Assembly: GCA_051294375.1 (NCBI GenBank)
Contig: CM119269.1
Location: 23,045,497-23,109,496, forward strand
DNA length: 64,000 bases
Source of the DNA: Paraspadella gotoi
Taxonomy: Eukaryota; Animalia; Chaetognatha
Reading direction: 5' to 3'
Shown here: piece after piece, positions 50,671-63,893 of the stretch
Position numbering within the stretch: position 1 is the stretch's first letter
Layout of the letters: each line of letters starts with the position of its first letter
The notes under the pieces: generated by a model
The model's database searches: none
What the model was told of the DNA's origin: nothing
The model's input: only the letters and a program-made list of their open reading frames with translations
Position numbers and translations under genes: made by a program

Positions 50671-52160
50671 ATTTGGATTAGAACTATGTTTAAGACACTG
50701 CAAGCTAAAAATTTCCGATTTTGATAAGATACAATACAATACAATAAAAAGAAAATTCAGAGAAACGATTTGGATCAAATGCAACCAGTTGCAATCAGAG
50801 GAAATTTGATAGGGATAAAGTACAATCGGATGCAATCAAAGTAGAGAGATTTTAATAGGATACGATAGAACAAAAGGGAATCAAATTTGAAAAATCAAAT
50901 TGGACTAAATCCAATAACCGGAATTTATATATGTATAAACTTGGTACAACCAATATAAAAATTATCCATTCATTTAATTAGTTAGCTATCTTGCCCCTGA
51001 CTTTGGACAGCCTTTGGTGGTTTAAAGTGTTTTAAACGTATATTTAAATTTTTTTTTCTATTAAATCTTCTCGTTAATTCTTTTACATCTTTATCGAATT
51101 TTTAATTTTAATTATCCTGATGTTTCTAATGTTTCTAATTTTTCGATCAAATATCGATTTCTTTGTCTCTGTGACTAAAAATTCAGCCAGTGAATGTTTC
51201 AGCCAGTGAATGTTTCAGCCAATGAATGCTTCAGCCAGTGAATCATGCCAACAGCTCAAGAAAGAACTAACTTTTGAACTAACGGAAGTTTTATTTTATT
51301 TATAAATTTACTAAATGGAAATGAAATGAAGAAACAAAAAGTTTTGCATATACTACGAACTTGTTGGGGAAAATTTGGACCCTAAATAGTTCATTTCGCT
51401 ATAATTTTTCATTACATTTTTTGAGTTAGAGATTCAGACAGAAAAAAAAATAGAAGACGGAAAACAGAAAAAAAAACAGACAGAAAATGAGACTCGAGGA
51501 CGAAAAACAGTCCGAGTTGAATCGGTGACCACCCGGGGTCTTTCTTCTCCCAAACCGACCGAAACGGTTTATGGCCCTAGACCGCCCCCCCCCACGAACT
51601 GTCTCCAGCTTAACTCCTTTTCTATTTTTGGTTCCTGTTCTGTCTTTTATTGAACCCTTTTCTTTTTTTTTTACTATTCTTTTTATTGGTGTCTTTCTTT
51701 TCTGTCTTTTAAAGTCAAGTCTTAAATCCCTTGATTCTCAACTTTCCAATGAAGAGTCTCCATAACTATCCTTTCTATCTTTATGGTCTCTCTTTCTCTA
51801 CTTTCCATAACCGTCCTCTTTCTATCTTTATGGTCCCTCTTTTTCTACTTTCCATAACTATCCTCTATCTTTTTATTCTTTCTACTGTTCTATTTTGACA
51901 TCATTTCCAGTGACTGTCTGTCTATCCTTCCGTCTTTAAGTTGTCTTTCTTTTAGTCTATCCGTGAGTTTATCTCTCTGTCTTTCTTCTTCACTAGATCC
52001 TCTCATCCGTCTTTCTTTCCCTATGTCTTTTCTTTTCTTTCTGTCCGCCTGTCCGTTCATCTTCAAACCGCCCCCACTTTTCTCTCCAGCCGCGACAGAG
52101 CCGCTCGCAGCAGCCAAACGTGGATTTTGAAACGAATCGAGCAGAAAGGATGGATTGTAG

Positions 52161-52191
<31 letters not shown>

Positions 52192-52279
52192 CGAGAGACG
52201 AGAGAGAGAGAGACGACTTATTCGGTTCGGACCCACGTATTGAACGCAAACACACGAGAAAGAGCATTCTTCTCGCGTT

Positions 52280-52370
<91 letters not shown>

Positions 52371-52694
52371 GATCCAAAGACGAAATTTTGATGAGCGGAA
52401 AGAAAAAACTACGAGAGAGAGAGACGGAAGGAAAAATAAGACGTTCGGTAAAAAACCGAGTTTTTCATATAAAAAAGAATGATTAAAAAAATCCGAGTTT
52501 TTTATAAAACCAAATTAAAAAAAACCGTGGACCGGCAGACTTTTCTTCTTTTACTCAGTTGTGACCGATATTTGTATTTTCAGAGTTCGTGTTATATTTT
52601 TCTCCCAACTTTTCCCTTCGCGGATGGAGAGAGAGAGAGAGAGAGACAGAGAGATATGAGAGGAGATGAGAGGAGAGAGAGAGCCTTCCCCTTT

Positions 52695-52737
<43 letters not shown>

Positions 52738-52769
52738 CGTGTTTCTCTCTGAAAAACTAACGGACCAAA

Positions 52770-53230
52770 AAGCTACGACGCCTGGAAACAGCCAGGATCC
52801 TCTCGACCAATTAGGGATCGACCCTTAACTTTGGCTTGACCAATCAGATACCGAGATTTCCTTCCGACGACGCGATACGCGAGATTCTCGAGATCTGGAG
52901 TGGGATGGATCAGCAGTAGAGGAGGAGGAGGAGGATGAGGAGGAGGAAGAGGAGGAGGAGAGTGGGACAGAGAGAGAGCGAGATAGAGAGCGAGTGGATT
53001 GAAAAGGGGCTTCTTTTATTTTTCCTTCTTCCTCCCAGCGCACCTTTGGAATTCCTAATCCCCTTTTTTCTGTTTTTACGAAAAACGAAATTAAAAAAAA
53101 ATTCGTTAATTAAAAGCGATGTAACCTGCTACGCGAAGCACGTCGCGCTACGCTGTTCCGAGGATCGAGGATCGGCGCAGCGCGCGCGAGGGGGCGTGGC
53201 TGCGCGTCTTCGTGGATTAAAAGCGTCAAA
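52770..53230 (+). promoter_or_regulatory. CpG-rich putative promoter/5' region, possibly of the downstream proteoglycan gene
   Basis: CCAAT boxes near 52807 and 52840, GGGGCGTGGC GC-box near 53191, and local CpG enrichment in AT-rich DNA. A strong acceptor (branch CTAAT ~55593, TTTCCAG 55625) upstream of the ATG implies a non-coding first exon. Confidence 0.35.
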
Positions 53231-55918
53231 ACTTTTTGGATTTAAAAGTCGAAAAAAAAAAATTCTCGCTTTTCCGGTTTAAAAATTATCTTCACATTTC
53301 GGATTAAAATCGTCGTGATAAATTCTGGATCTTAAATTCACGATTTCGCCTCCATTTTTTGTGTGAATCAACTTCGCCTCGCGTCACGGATTTAAAATGT
53401 GTGTGAATCGAAAATCGTTAATCGTTTGTCAAAATTTGTTCTTCGTCGCTAGATTCGAATTTATAATTTATTTTTTGATTAATTTATTTAATTCTCATTC
53501 GTTTCTTCAGAGAACAAGAGAACTTTTTTTGCTGTTTCAGTCTTTCAGTGTTTTCAGTTGCTCCCGTCAGCCGTCCGTGTTCACAGTTGTTTCACTGGCA
53601 TTGCGTGTCAAAACTTTTAAAAGATTCACTGACCATCGAAACTCGATATACAATTTCGCAAGAACTTTATCCTTTTTTTCGCTTTCCTCTCCAATTATTG
53701 TGCCCATTTTTAATCCGGTTCTGGTCTCGGTCTGTCAGTCCATCGATCCATCTCTCTCTCTTTCTCTCTCTCTCTCTTTTTGGCCATAATCCCAATTTCT
53801 CGTTTGTCAACTTTTCATCAAAACAATTAGGGTTTATTTACTCGTGAAAGACCCCCCCCCTTTGTAAATTTGGCTGTGTGCCTGGGCGGCTGTACGGATA
53901 AATCGTGAAGGGCTGTGGAAATGTTCCCTTGTCAGTGAAACTTGTCCCTTCTTGAAGGTTGCCGTTCGATCTGTTGTGATTGTAAAGACTTCCTCTACAG
54001 GTTCGAGCTCAAGGCGGCTGTGGTCACTTTGCTTGGAATTAGTAGGGATGTCTGCTGTGTAAGCTATGATCAGTTTAACCAGGAATGCTGTATTGACATT
54101 TTTTTTCAGCAAAGATAGGAGTTTTAAGACTGTATGACTGTATAACTGCACACCGAAAATTCTTTCTTATGAATAATTAAGATAAAGTTTGTCATTCTCC
54201 CAAAATAAGTGTAAATTCTTTGGTTTCAAGTTTTAACAGTTTCGATTGTACGTGTCTAAACCCGTTTTACCATCTGCTAAAGTGCTCATTCGCCAAATTT
54301 GACTTCTCTGCTTTTATTTGAAAAGAAATTGGTACAACCTATATAGCAAGATTATAACATAGTAGGTCCCGGAAAGCTTTCAATGTATGATTATGCGACT
54401 GTGACTTTAATTTATTAAGTTAATTTTAAAATTGTATTCTGGCGAAGCATGATCATGATCCTTTTTTAAAAAAAATAAATTAACTCCTTTTTCTTTCTTA
54501 AAATAATGAAGCTCTTTTGAGAAAAAAAATTGAAAAAAAAGTTTGTGCGCGTCCTACGCAACAAGAATTAATTTTTAATGCCCATGAATTGCAAAATAAC
54601 TTGAGACAAATCCCCGGCGAAGGATAAAGCCCCTTGTTTTTCATTCCTTTATGTTGTTAAGCCGATTTTGATAAAAAATTTCCCTTTATGGAAATGTGTG
54701 GCTTGGATGGCGGAAAGTAGCTCTCTGCACTGGGCACCCGGGTTAATTATGAAATTATAATATTATTAATATTATCGAAATGATAATTATTTACTCAATC
54801 TATAAATCAACTATCATGAATTTGGACAGACCTCTTACAAGATAATAAAATGGTCTACCCAAGGATAAGAACCAGCGAGCCTATTTATTGAATGAATGGA
54901 TTATTTTTACATTGATTGTACCGATTTTATAGCTCACCCTGCAAGCTTAAAACAAGACTTTAACATTCACAGGGTCTTCAATTTCGGGCAGATAAGGTTA
55001 CCAAATATGAAGCTGCTCATCTCAAGAGTTACCCCTACGTACATGTTTTTTCTGTTTTATTTTTTTTAGACCAATAAAACCCTTACACTACTTTTTTAAG
55101 GCCTAAATCCCCACACAAAGATTTGCGCTTCTCAACTTTTGTTAATTCTTTTGTTTTCTTTCACTAACGAGATTTTGGGGCAAAACGATTTTTTTTTTTT
55201 AGAGAAAATTCTTTTACTTGAAGGGAAAAAAAGGGATTCATGTTATCCTAATTAGGAGAAAACTGTTTGGGTGGTTGTAAGTTGAGGTTTGAAACTTACC
55301 TTAGAGTTTGCCTCTTCTTTCCTCGTCTCTATATTTTATCTCCTTCTTGCAATCTGGTGTAGCTAATGCTTTCCCTTTTTTTTTTGCTCGACCTATTATT
55401 TTTTTACAACTTAAAATGACATTCGTAAAATGTTCCTTGTCAGTTTTCACCGTATCGTTTTACAATATAACCCCGCTTCTGCCTATTCAGTTTTACTGGT
55501 TCGATTCAGTTCTATTCAGTTCTATTCATTTTTACTGTTTCTCAGCGTTCTCTCTCATTTTTTCCCATGTTAATTATATTACTTTTTTTTCGCTAATTAA
55601 ATTCCTCTTCCATTTCCTTTTCCAGATTTAAAGCTATAAAGCACCTACCACTGATCAAAAAAAAAAAAAAAACTCTGGCCAAATGAACCGGTCAAAGCGA
55701 AAGAGTTTATCTCAATTTAAGAGAAAGAAAGACTTGGAAATTAAACGACCGTGAAAAGCTTAAGGGGAGAGCGAGATATAATCGAAAACGACGGTCTCTC
55801 CGACGGCCAAAAATAACAAATAACAAACGCTTTTTATGGGGATAACATTACGAAAAAAAAACCCCGAATTATATATATTAAATTGACGATTGCAAACAAA
55901 CTACAGACGTCATTAAAA

Positions 55919-55990
55919 ATGTCCGCCGCTACAAAATGTCTTCTTTATGCTTTCCTCTGTTTGGCCGTTTTCCTGGAGATTGAATCAAAG
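55919..55990 (+). CDS. Proteoglycan/ShKT (syndecan-like) gene, first coding exon: signal peptide
   Basis: AAAATG start, MSAATKCLLYAFLCLAVFLEIESK hydrophobic signal, and AAG|GTAAGG donor, phase 0. Confidence 0.8.
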
Positions 55991-56584
55991 GTAAGGAGGG
56001 TTTAAGGGGATGTTGGGAGTAGTAGGTCATGTACCAAAAAAATATTGCTGTTAATAACATCTAAATTAAGTATAAGCAATTAGAAAGATTTAATAAAAAG
56101 TATATTGTGAGAATGAGATTAGAAATATGTAATCAAGTAAATTGTAAAAGTAAGGTTGAAAATGATGCAATCAAAAGTAAATTAAATGTGAAAATTGGGT
56201 TGGAAAAAATGCAATCAAAGGTGAATTTATTAAGTCGATTCCTGTGATTTCTCTTTACGAGTCTCGTTTTCTTTCGTTTTCACTCGTGAATCTCGTTTTT
56301 TTACAAATAAATTTTCCGACAAAAGAAATTTCTTCTTTTATTCGCTCGACTTTTTAACGGGCGCGGCTTTTTCTTATTTTTTTAAATCTTAAATTAAATA
56401 ATTTTAAGCCGAAACTAAAAAAGTGACAAGTTTTGTTTGTTCAGCGAATTCAAGATAAAAAGGTCCACTTTTCTTTTTTTTTTCAAATTTAATTTAATTT
56501 ATCTCAATGATTCTTGGGGATATAATTAAAGGTTCTGTTTCGACTACTGTACAACCTAAACGACACAAAAAAGAAATCATTTTT

Positions 56585-56852
56585 GGTTTTCTTTTCCAAG
56601 AGCGCCCTAATTTTCTTCTATTATTTTGATTTTAATATTTAATTTAAATATGATTTTAAATTTATAGCCTATTTTTTTATCTTAATCTCTAACTTTAATC
56701 TTAAATTCTAACTGAATATTAAAGCTAACCCTAAAGTTTTATCCTTAGTTTTTAAACCTAATACTGAATAAATCTTAGTTCTTAACCTTAATCATTAACT
56801 TAATCCTTAATTTTAATCATTAATCTTGATGCTTAATTGAGAGAAAAGAACT
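56585..56852 (-). mobile_element. MITE-like element with degenerate (CCTAA/CTTAA) repeats, intronic
   Basis: Left end GGTTTTCTTTTCCAAGAGCGCCCTAATTTT matches the family TIR. The interior has TAACCCTAA/ATCCTTAA repeats. Confidence 0.45.
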
Positions 56853-56925
56853 CAACTCTGTGTTGGAAACTTTGCTCTCTCTCTGTCTCCCTCTTTCTCT
56901 CTCTCTCTCTCTCTCTCTCCCTCTT

Positions 56926-56962
<37 letters not shown>

Positions 56963-56963
56963 C

Positions 56964-57019
<56 letters not shown>

Positions 57020-58024
57020 TGTCTCCCTCTCTGTCTCCCTCTTTCTTTCTCTCTCTCTGTCTCCCTCTTTCTCTCTCTCACTTTTCCTTTGCACAAATAA
57101 TTTCTAAAATTCACAAACAATTTCTATGGCGCTGAAGGTTTGTAAATTAAAGCCGAAACATGTACGTCCTTATGTACCAATAAAATCGTTGTTGAAAGCA
57201 AATTCAAACTTCTTCTATTAAATTTAAAGTAAAATGTTATTGATAGCGTTATTGTTATTAAAATATATTAATAACGTTTTTGTTATTAATAAAAAAAATA
57301 TGAAATGTGGCGTTCTTGGAAAATAAGGTTCACTTTTTTAAAGTTTAATTTTTTTTACATTTCTCGCCATGGGAACAAAAAAGTTTAAAGCTCGAAGTCA
57401 ATTTCCGTTTTTTTTTTATCTTGTAAAGTTTAGCCACTTGTCATAAAATAATTTAAAATTCCCACATATAATCAAGTCTGTTTAAAAAAAGAATCCTTAT
57501 TAAACCTCGAAATATCAGTTAACAAATATTTGGCCATCTTATTTTTTTCTTTTTGAAAATAGTTTCTCGTGAATAAATTTGGGAAGAGAGACGAAGTTGA
57601 GCGAAAGAAAACTTTTTTGAGCTTTTCTAAAAATGGTTGAACTAATTTTCATTCTCGGTTTGAACTCAGATGTCGTCGAATGACGTCACGTTTCATTTTT
57701 TTTTTCGAACCTCAACTGAGATAATTACGTCGCCCTAGGCCCTTTTCTGTCTCCGATGTCTATTCTATCTTTTTTGTCTCCTCTCTCCCCTTTTCTGTCT
57801 CTGATCTCTCTTCTGTCATTTTCCTCCCTCTTCTGTCTCCTCTCTTCTCCTTTTTCTGTCTCCGATGTCTATTTTGTCTTTTCTCTCCTCTGTTTTCTCT
57901 GTCTTTTCTCTCCTTCTACTGTCTCCTCTCTCACCTTTGCTGTCTCTGATGTCTCTTCTCCCTTCTCCTATTGTCATTTCTCCTTTTACGTTTTTCTTCC
58001 TTTTGTCTCTCTTTTCTCTCTCTC

Positions 58025-58055
<31 letters not shown>

Positions 58056-58190
58056 CATCTCTTTCCATTCACCCAATTTTATGTTCCTCTTTTCTTCTGT
58101 TTGATTCCAAATTCTCGAGAGACTCTTTCTCTCTGTCTCCACTTTTAAGATCCCGAATTGTCCTTCTACCCGACAATCGACCGAGAAGAC

Positions 58191-58233
<43 letters not shown>

Positions 58234-58650
58234 GGAGACGTCGCGCATATAAGTTCTCTCTTCCACTTGAGAATCTTGATTAATTAAGAGAACACGAAAT
58301 GTTTTGCAGATGTTTTATTCGAAATGAGACGCGAATGAATTAATCTTGAAAAATTCGGACCAAATTGAGAGTTCCCGTTTTTTGACCATCTGCACTTGTT
58401 TCTTTGCCCGTCTGTTATGCCCGTCTGTAGTCTCTGTTCTCAATCTTTTTTGTCTCTTTTTAGTCACTCGAATAATGAAAGTAATCTCATGTCCACTCCC
58501 GTTTAAGATTGAATTGGTCAAATAGTTTTGCACGAAAACCCGCGGCCTTTAAATCCGATAACTTTAAGCTTCTTTTTTTTGTGGCAATACGGATAGTTAC
58601 GTATACATCCCATTGGGCAAAAGAAAAAGATTCCCTGGTTAAAAAAAATA

Positions 58651-58832
58651 ACAAGAACGGGAATTACAATGTGTTGCGCCGCAGTGACTTTATTTCCCTT
58701 TGATCACATATGACATGAAATGATAAACTTTCTTTGCCCGTGTATTTATGACATTTTTAACGACATACCGACCGACCGACCGACAAGTTACTTATAAAGT
58801 TGCTCCGCGAGTACTCGCGGCGCAACTAAAAA
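58651..58832 (+). mobile_element. Non-autonomous Helentron/DINE-1-like element
   Basis: 5' ACAAG..GGAATTACAATGTGTTGCGCCGC (shared with 33858-33890), (CCGA)n microsatellite, and 3' hairpin AGTTGC-T-CCGCGAGTACTCGCGG-C-GCAACT followed by an A-run. Confidence 0.55.
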
Positions 58833-59229
58833 TAATAGATCTTTTTCATATCATCGACACGAACAAGTCGAGACATGAAACTTGAACGATCGAAAATGAC
58901 AAACGAAATTAAATCCGGGAAAAACATTTTGTCTCTTTTGTCAAAAATCAAATGTTTCGTTTGGTTGAGACGCGGAACGAATTTTAATTAATTAACTTTG
59001 GGCTGAGGAATTGTTTGGAGGATCGACTAAGATTTTGAGTTTTTTATATAATTTAATTTTTAAAGAAACAAAGCCATTTTGTATCACTAAGAATAAGTCA
59101 GGGTGTAGTAATATTTTTTTCACTTTTCCGTAAACTACAGAAAATCTTTAGTATATGATTAACCAGTTTTAAAAATTGTTTCGTCCATACATATGCGTAA
59201 TTATATTATTTTTATTTTATTATTTTAAG

Positions 59230-59274
59230 GGACCCGTTCTTAACGATGGCGTCATAGATATCGACGATGTGAAG
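59230..59274 (+). CDS. Proteoglycan/ShKT gene, exon 2
   Basis: TTTTAAG acceptor and AAG|GTAAGT donor, phase 0-0. Encodes GPVLNDGVIDIDDVK. Confidence 0.8.
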
Positions 59275-59512
59275 GTAAGTTGAAGAGAGAGAGAGACAAA
59301 TATGTAGAAAGGCAGAGAGAGCGAGACAAAAAGAGAGACAGAGAAAGAGAGACAGGGACTGAGAGAGTGACAGACAGAGACAGATTAATTCTCCTCTTTA
59401 AAATGTTAAACATGATTCCGATTCTCTATTTAAATTTTACTTAATTATTCCGTATCACGATCAAGTGTCGCTAATACCTCGTCTTACAATTTACATCCTT
59501 GTAATTTTACAG

Positions 59513-59582
59513 GGTGACGTCATCGAAGGTTCAGGAAAATATGGCGGCGACGACGACGTCGATCAGGAAGAATCATCGGGGG
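59513..59582 (+). CDS. Proteoglycan/ShKT gene, exon 3: glycosaminoglycan attachment sites
   Basis: TTTTACAG acceptor and G|GTAAGG donor (phase 1). Encodes GDVIEGSGKYGGDDDVDQEESSG, with Ser-Gly in acidic context. Confidence 0.82.
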
Positions 59583-60182
59583 GTAAGGGATGAAATTAAC
59601 CGGTTAATCTGATTAAAGATGGTTAATTAAAGGAAAGCTTATCTTTTAATAATTTTAAAAAAGGTTTCGCATTAAGCAAAATGTACTGTTTAACGATATA
59701 AGCCAAGATGGTTTTAGATAGGTTTTTGTATTTAAATAAGTATTAATTACCTAATTCCTAAAGTTTGTAGCCTTTAAAGATTAGATTAATTAATGCTCAA
59801 AGTTTTAGGCTGTTTTTAAAAACCTCAACCTCAAGTTATTATTTAATAAAAGATTAGCTTAATTATCATTTATTAATGATCAGTAGATACTCTACGCAGA
59901 TGTATATATAAAAAAAACTCACCCGTTTTAAGGATTAAAAACTGGGTTATTTAATGATTAAGTCTTTTGGGGATAACTTAAAATTGTTTAGAGTTTTGGG
60001 CTCTAATTATAAATTGGTTTCATGTTGAAATCCCGGTCTACTTAAATGATTTAATAAAAACAAATGTTAACTTTCATTTATATTTTTTCCCCCTCTCTCC
60101 CTTCCCTTTTCCCCATCGCCCTTCCCCTGCCTCCCTCCTTCCCCATTTTCCCATCGCCCTTCCCCTCCCCCCCCCCAATCAG

Positions 60183-60793
60183 GCCTAGAAGACGACGAAG
60201 ACACTCCCTTGAGCTCGTTCACTCCCGGCAGCGGCCCGCGCGCGCTGCAGCCGCTCAAGATCCTTGGAGTCGAGAGGCCGGAAGCGGCGCGCGTCAAGGT
60301 AACGACGTCGACGAAGACGACTTGGACGCGTTGGTGACAGAGAGCGAGACGCCGAGCGAGAGGGAGAGCGATACGTCGCGGTCCAGACCCTTTTCGCCGT
60401 CGCTGGCCCCCTCCTCTTCCCATCCTCCTCCTCCTCCTACTCTGCCCCCTATCGCCCCTTACACGACCACTACGAGGTCGCCGTCCTATGACCCTAACGG
60501 CCCCGATGGCACGGACTATGATGACCCCGATGAAGTAGAGGGCAGTGCCGCGGGTAGTTCCGGCCGATGGGACGACGAAGACGACCGTGCCGTCGAGGCG
60601 GCGTCGTCGGCGACGTCCTCCGGCCGCGGGCCCCATGCCGGACCGGGCGATAACGGCCCCGGATCCTGGGCTGAGGAGGAATTTGAGAGAGATTATCCTT
60701 TAAACGGGGACGGCGCTAGTCAGACCAAAACCGACGACGACGATGAGGACGTCGTTGAAATTGGGTCGGGAGATTCTAGAAATTCTTTCCAGG
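60183..60793 (+). CDS. Proteoglycan/ShKT gene, exon 4: acidic, Ser-Gly and Pro/Thr-rich region (frame switch near 60240)
   Basis: Long polypyrimidine tract with CAG at 60180-60182. Starts GLEDDEDTPLSSFTPGSGP in one frame and continues AAAQDPWSREAGSG...DDDDEDVVEIGSGDSRNSFQ in the ORF-track frame. Donor G|GTAAGT at 60794. Confidence 0.72.
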
Positions 60794-62496
60794 GTAAGTT
60801 CTTTCCAGGGTAAGTTCGAAATGCAGTTCAAAAAGCCGTTTTCTTTTTTAAAGAAAAGAATCTGGGAAGAAAAGAGAAAGAAAGAAAAAAGATCCGGAAA
60901 GGTTGAGGTGGTTGCGCTGCAGTAAATTTTTTTTAGAAGTTGTATATTTTTAGTCATATACTTAAATGATATTATATATGTATATAAAATATATATATAA
61001 TAATTGATTAAATTTATTAATAAATTTATAGTTTATTTAATATTATATAAATTATATATCTAACTACTATTTGATGATATTGTAATTTTTTTATTAGGTT
61101 ATAGATATAATAAATTAATATTATTATAGTTATTATATTTATTATTATTAAATAAGTTTTTAGTTTTATAATCAGAATTTTATAAATCAGTGTTATTACA
61201 AATACATTTCTTATATTTCATATTTTGATTTATTAATAATTAAAATTTTATATTTTTATTTAAATTATAGATATTTATAATTTAGATGAGAGAGACCAAA
61301 CGAGAGACAGTATTACCTACAATTGCTTAGAGAGTACCCGCCCGACTAAAAAGAAACCCAAAAATATCTTTCTCTGGATGAAAAACCGTTTATGTCAATC
61401 ATTATTATGTACTATTTGAACCTTAATCCTTTTTCGGGTCATGGATTTTTCTGTTTTTTGTTTTTTTTTGTTTTTTTTTTTAAAGAAGGGCGTTTTCCTC
61501 TTTTGTGACAATTTGTACATCTGAGGTGACCGTCAATGGCCGCTTAATTGTTTATAATAATGCACAACAAAATATATTTAGTTTAACGATATATCGTTCT
61601 AAAATTAAAGCTCGTCGTGACGATAGATAATCTAAAAACGAGCCTGAAGCTTTTATGGTTTATGAAATCGATACAACCAATGTAATATTTATCTCTTCAT
61701 TAATAAAAAAAAGCTATCTTGCCCTCACTTTGATTGGCTATGGTGGGCTAAGGCCCCATCTTTCTTACGCGATAATAATATCGTATTTGCAAATAATTTG
61801 TTATGGATGGAACAATTACATTATTTGTTTTTTTAAAACATCACATATGAATCGGTTTTTCATCCGTCTTCCCAGATTTAGGTAGTTGTAGATTAGTTAA
61901 CGTTTGCAGTGCTTCGTGTTAAATCAAGAAAAAAAATTTCTAATATTAAACTGTTATATAATACATATAAATTAGACTTAATCGTTGCCTGCTTCTCTGG
62001 TTTTTGAACTGCTTGTCCATTTTTGGGATCTTGAGCTATATGTAGAAGCTGCAGATGTAAATTTTTTAAAGCGCCGCGCTTAGTTTTCAGATTGATACAA
62101 GGTGCTACAACACGAATTATTTGTTAATTTTTTTAAAAATATTGTATCATAACATATGACCCAGTTGATAGTCTAACAATTTAATCGAAATATATTCTTT
62201 TTGAGTCCAAATAAGAACAAATTTGTTTGTTAACAAAAAATTTAATTTTTTATTTAATATTACATTAAATTGATTAAAATGTGTATTTTATACGTAGCAC
62301 CCTGTATCTCTCTCGATCCTCCTCGCAGCCCAGAGATCTCTCTTTCTCTCCTGTCTGCCCGACGAATTTAACAAGTGTGACCTTTCCTTCTCTTACTCTA
62401 ATGTACCTCTCTCTCTCTCTCTCTTAACCCTCCCTCCTACTAAAATACATCCTCCCCCTTTTCCCTCTCGGCCGACAATCCCCTTCCCAACTGTAG

Positions 62497-62688
62497 TATC
62501 TCGTACCACGGTGTCCGTTTGTCACGACCGGGACTACCGGTGCACCCGTTACGAGTCAGAAAACCGTTGCAGAGATTGGCCCAGATGGATGAGGGAGTAT
62601 TGTCCCTCTACCTGTGGGTTTTGCTTTCCTGATCAGTCCCCCATACCGGGCTTGACTGACCTCGATAAGACGAAAAAGCATAAACATG
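62497..62688 (+). CDS. Proteoglycan/ShKT gene, ShKT (ShK toxin-like) domain exon
   Basis: CTGTAG acceptor and G|GTGCGT donor, phase 1-1. CHDRDYRCTRYESENRCRDWPRWMREYCPSTCGFC fits the six-Cys ShKT pattern CxD..C..C..M..CPxTCGxC. Confidence 0.88.
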
Positions 62689-63389
62689 GTGCGTTGCGAA
62701 CCGGACCCTCCCTTGGCACACTGAGCATGAAATGTATTTTAAAAAAAGTTGTAATGGGGGTTTTGAATGTCTATAATGACACACCGGGTCCTTGACGTTT
62801 TTATGTTCAGTTGTAATTGATGATTTTACTAACAAAAACAACGCACACTGGGTTTTTTTAAAATTTATGCAGTGTTGTAAAAGAATTGCGATATGTATTA
62901 AATTAATAGTTTGAAGAGAGAACAATGTTTTGTTAATAAACAACGGTTTCTTTTTTTCATTTCAGTAGGAAAAAACAAATCGTTTTTTGTTAGCCAATGA
63001 TTTTTTCTTCAAATTTATAACCGCTATATAAAGCTTTCATACAAAGCTCATAGTTTAACAGAAGTTTACTGGGTGGTTGTGTTAGTTTAAAAAAAAAGCA
63101 AAACTGAATTTGTTTAGGTATTAACACCTTTTAGATATACCAATTTGGTTCTTATAACTAAATTCTTTTAATATGAATTTAAATTTTTATAAAACACAGG
63201 TTCTCACTCTTGTCTTCGCACTTTGGTTTCACAGTCGACATAAAAAAGTCACTTTTATGGGATTTCGTTGTTTCACGCACTGGCACCTTAATACAATTGA
63301 TTATATTAAATACTGTTACAGCAATAATCTAATTTTTTTTCCTTTTTTCCCCTACCCTTTTAAACCACCCTTCCCTTAAAACGTTGAAG

Positions 63390-63424
63390 GCGTTTCAAAA
63401 GTGCCACATAAATCGTCTTCAAAG
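63390..63424 (+). CDS. Proteoglycan/ShKT gene, 35-nt exon
   Basis: Polypyrimidine tract with AAG acceptor and AAG|GTAAAA donor. Converts phase 1 to phase 0 as needed. Encodes GVSKVPHKSSSK. Confidence 0.6.
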
Positions 63425-63508
63425 GTAAAATTTATTTTCATACTCCCCCCAAAGTAGTGTATAGTAGTATAAAGTAGTAATAATGTATAAAAATTCATTT
63501 TATTGTAG

Positions 63509-63562
63509 CCAACAAAGCCCGACCCTACGAAATTCATCACTCGTTATGACGGGGATAGAAAC
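63509..63562 (+). CDS. Proteoglycan/ShKT gene, 54-nt exon
   Basis: TTGTAG acceptor and AAC|GTAAGT donor, phase 0-0. Encodes PTKPDPTKFITRYDGDRN. Confidence 0.7.
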
Positions 63563-63722
63563 GTAAGTTTTTAGTCAAATGTAAATTTTTAGATATAAAT
63601 TTTTCTTATCCATAAATATTAAATATTCTTAATTTTTTTCTATAAATTGTTTGTATTATTTGTTTTTTTTTTGTTTTTTTTTTTTATAAAAAAAACTTTT
63701 CTTCTCTGAATCGTAAAAAAAG

Positions 63723-63893
63723 GGGGAACGTCCTCTTAAAACCCTCCATTCTCCGAAGCCCCCTACGAAAATTCCCTCAACCACCGACCCAGTTGTAACT
63801 TCCCCCGTGACATCGTGGGGAGATGATTTTTCTATGGAAGACAATGAAAATGTTAAGGGGGAAACAGCTGATTCCGATTTTGATCGAACTGAG
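63723..63893 (+). CDS. Proteoglycan/ShKT gene, Pro/Thr-rich exon ending FDRTE
   Basis: AAG acceptor (alternative in-frame acceptor at 63758). Encodes GERPLKTLHSPKPPTKIPSTTDPVVTSPVTSWGDDFSMEDNENVKGETADSDFDRTE. Weak donor GAG|GTAGAA, otherwise stop TAA at 63912-63914. Confidence 0.62.

Noticed and set aside
53834-54151. 105-aa minus-strand ORF with an SDH motif, suggesting a LINE endonuclease fragment
   Set aside because: Only a three-residue motif. No other APE or RT motifs are visible.
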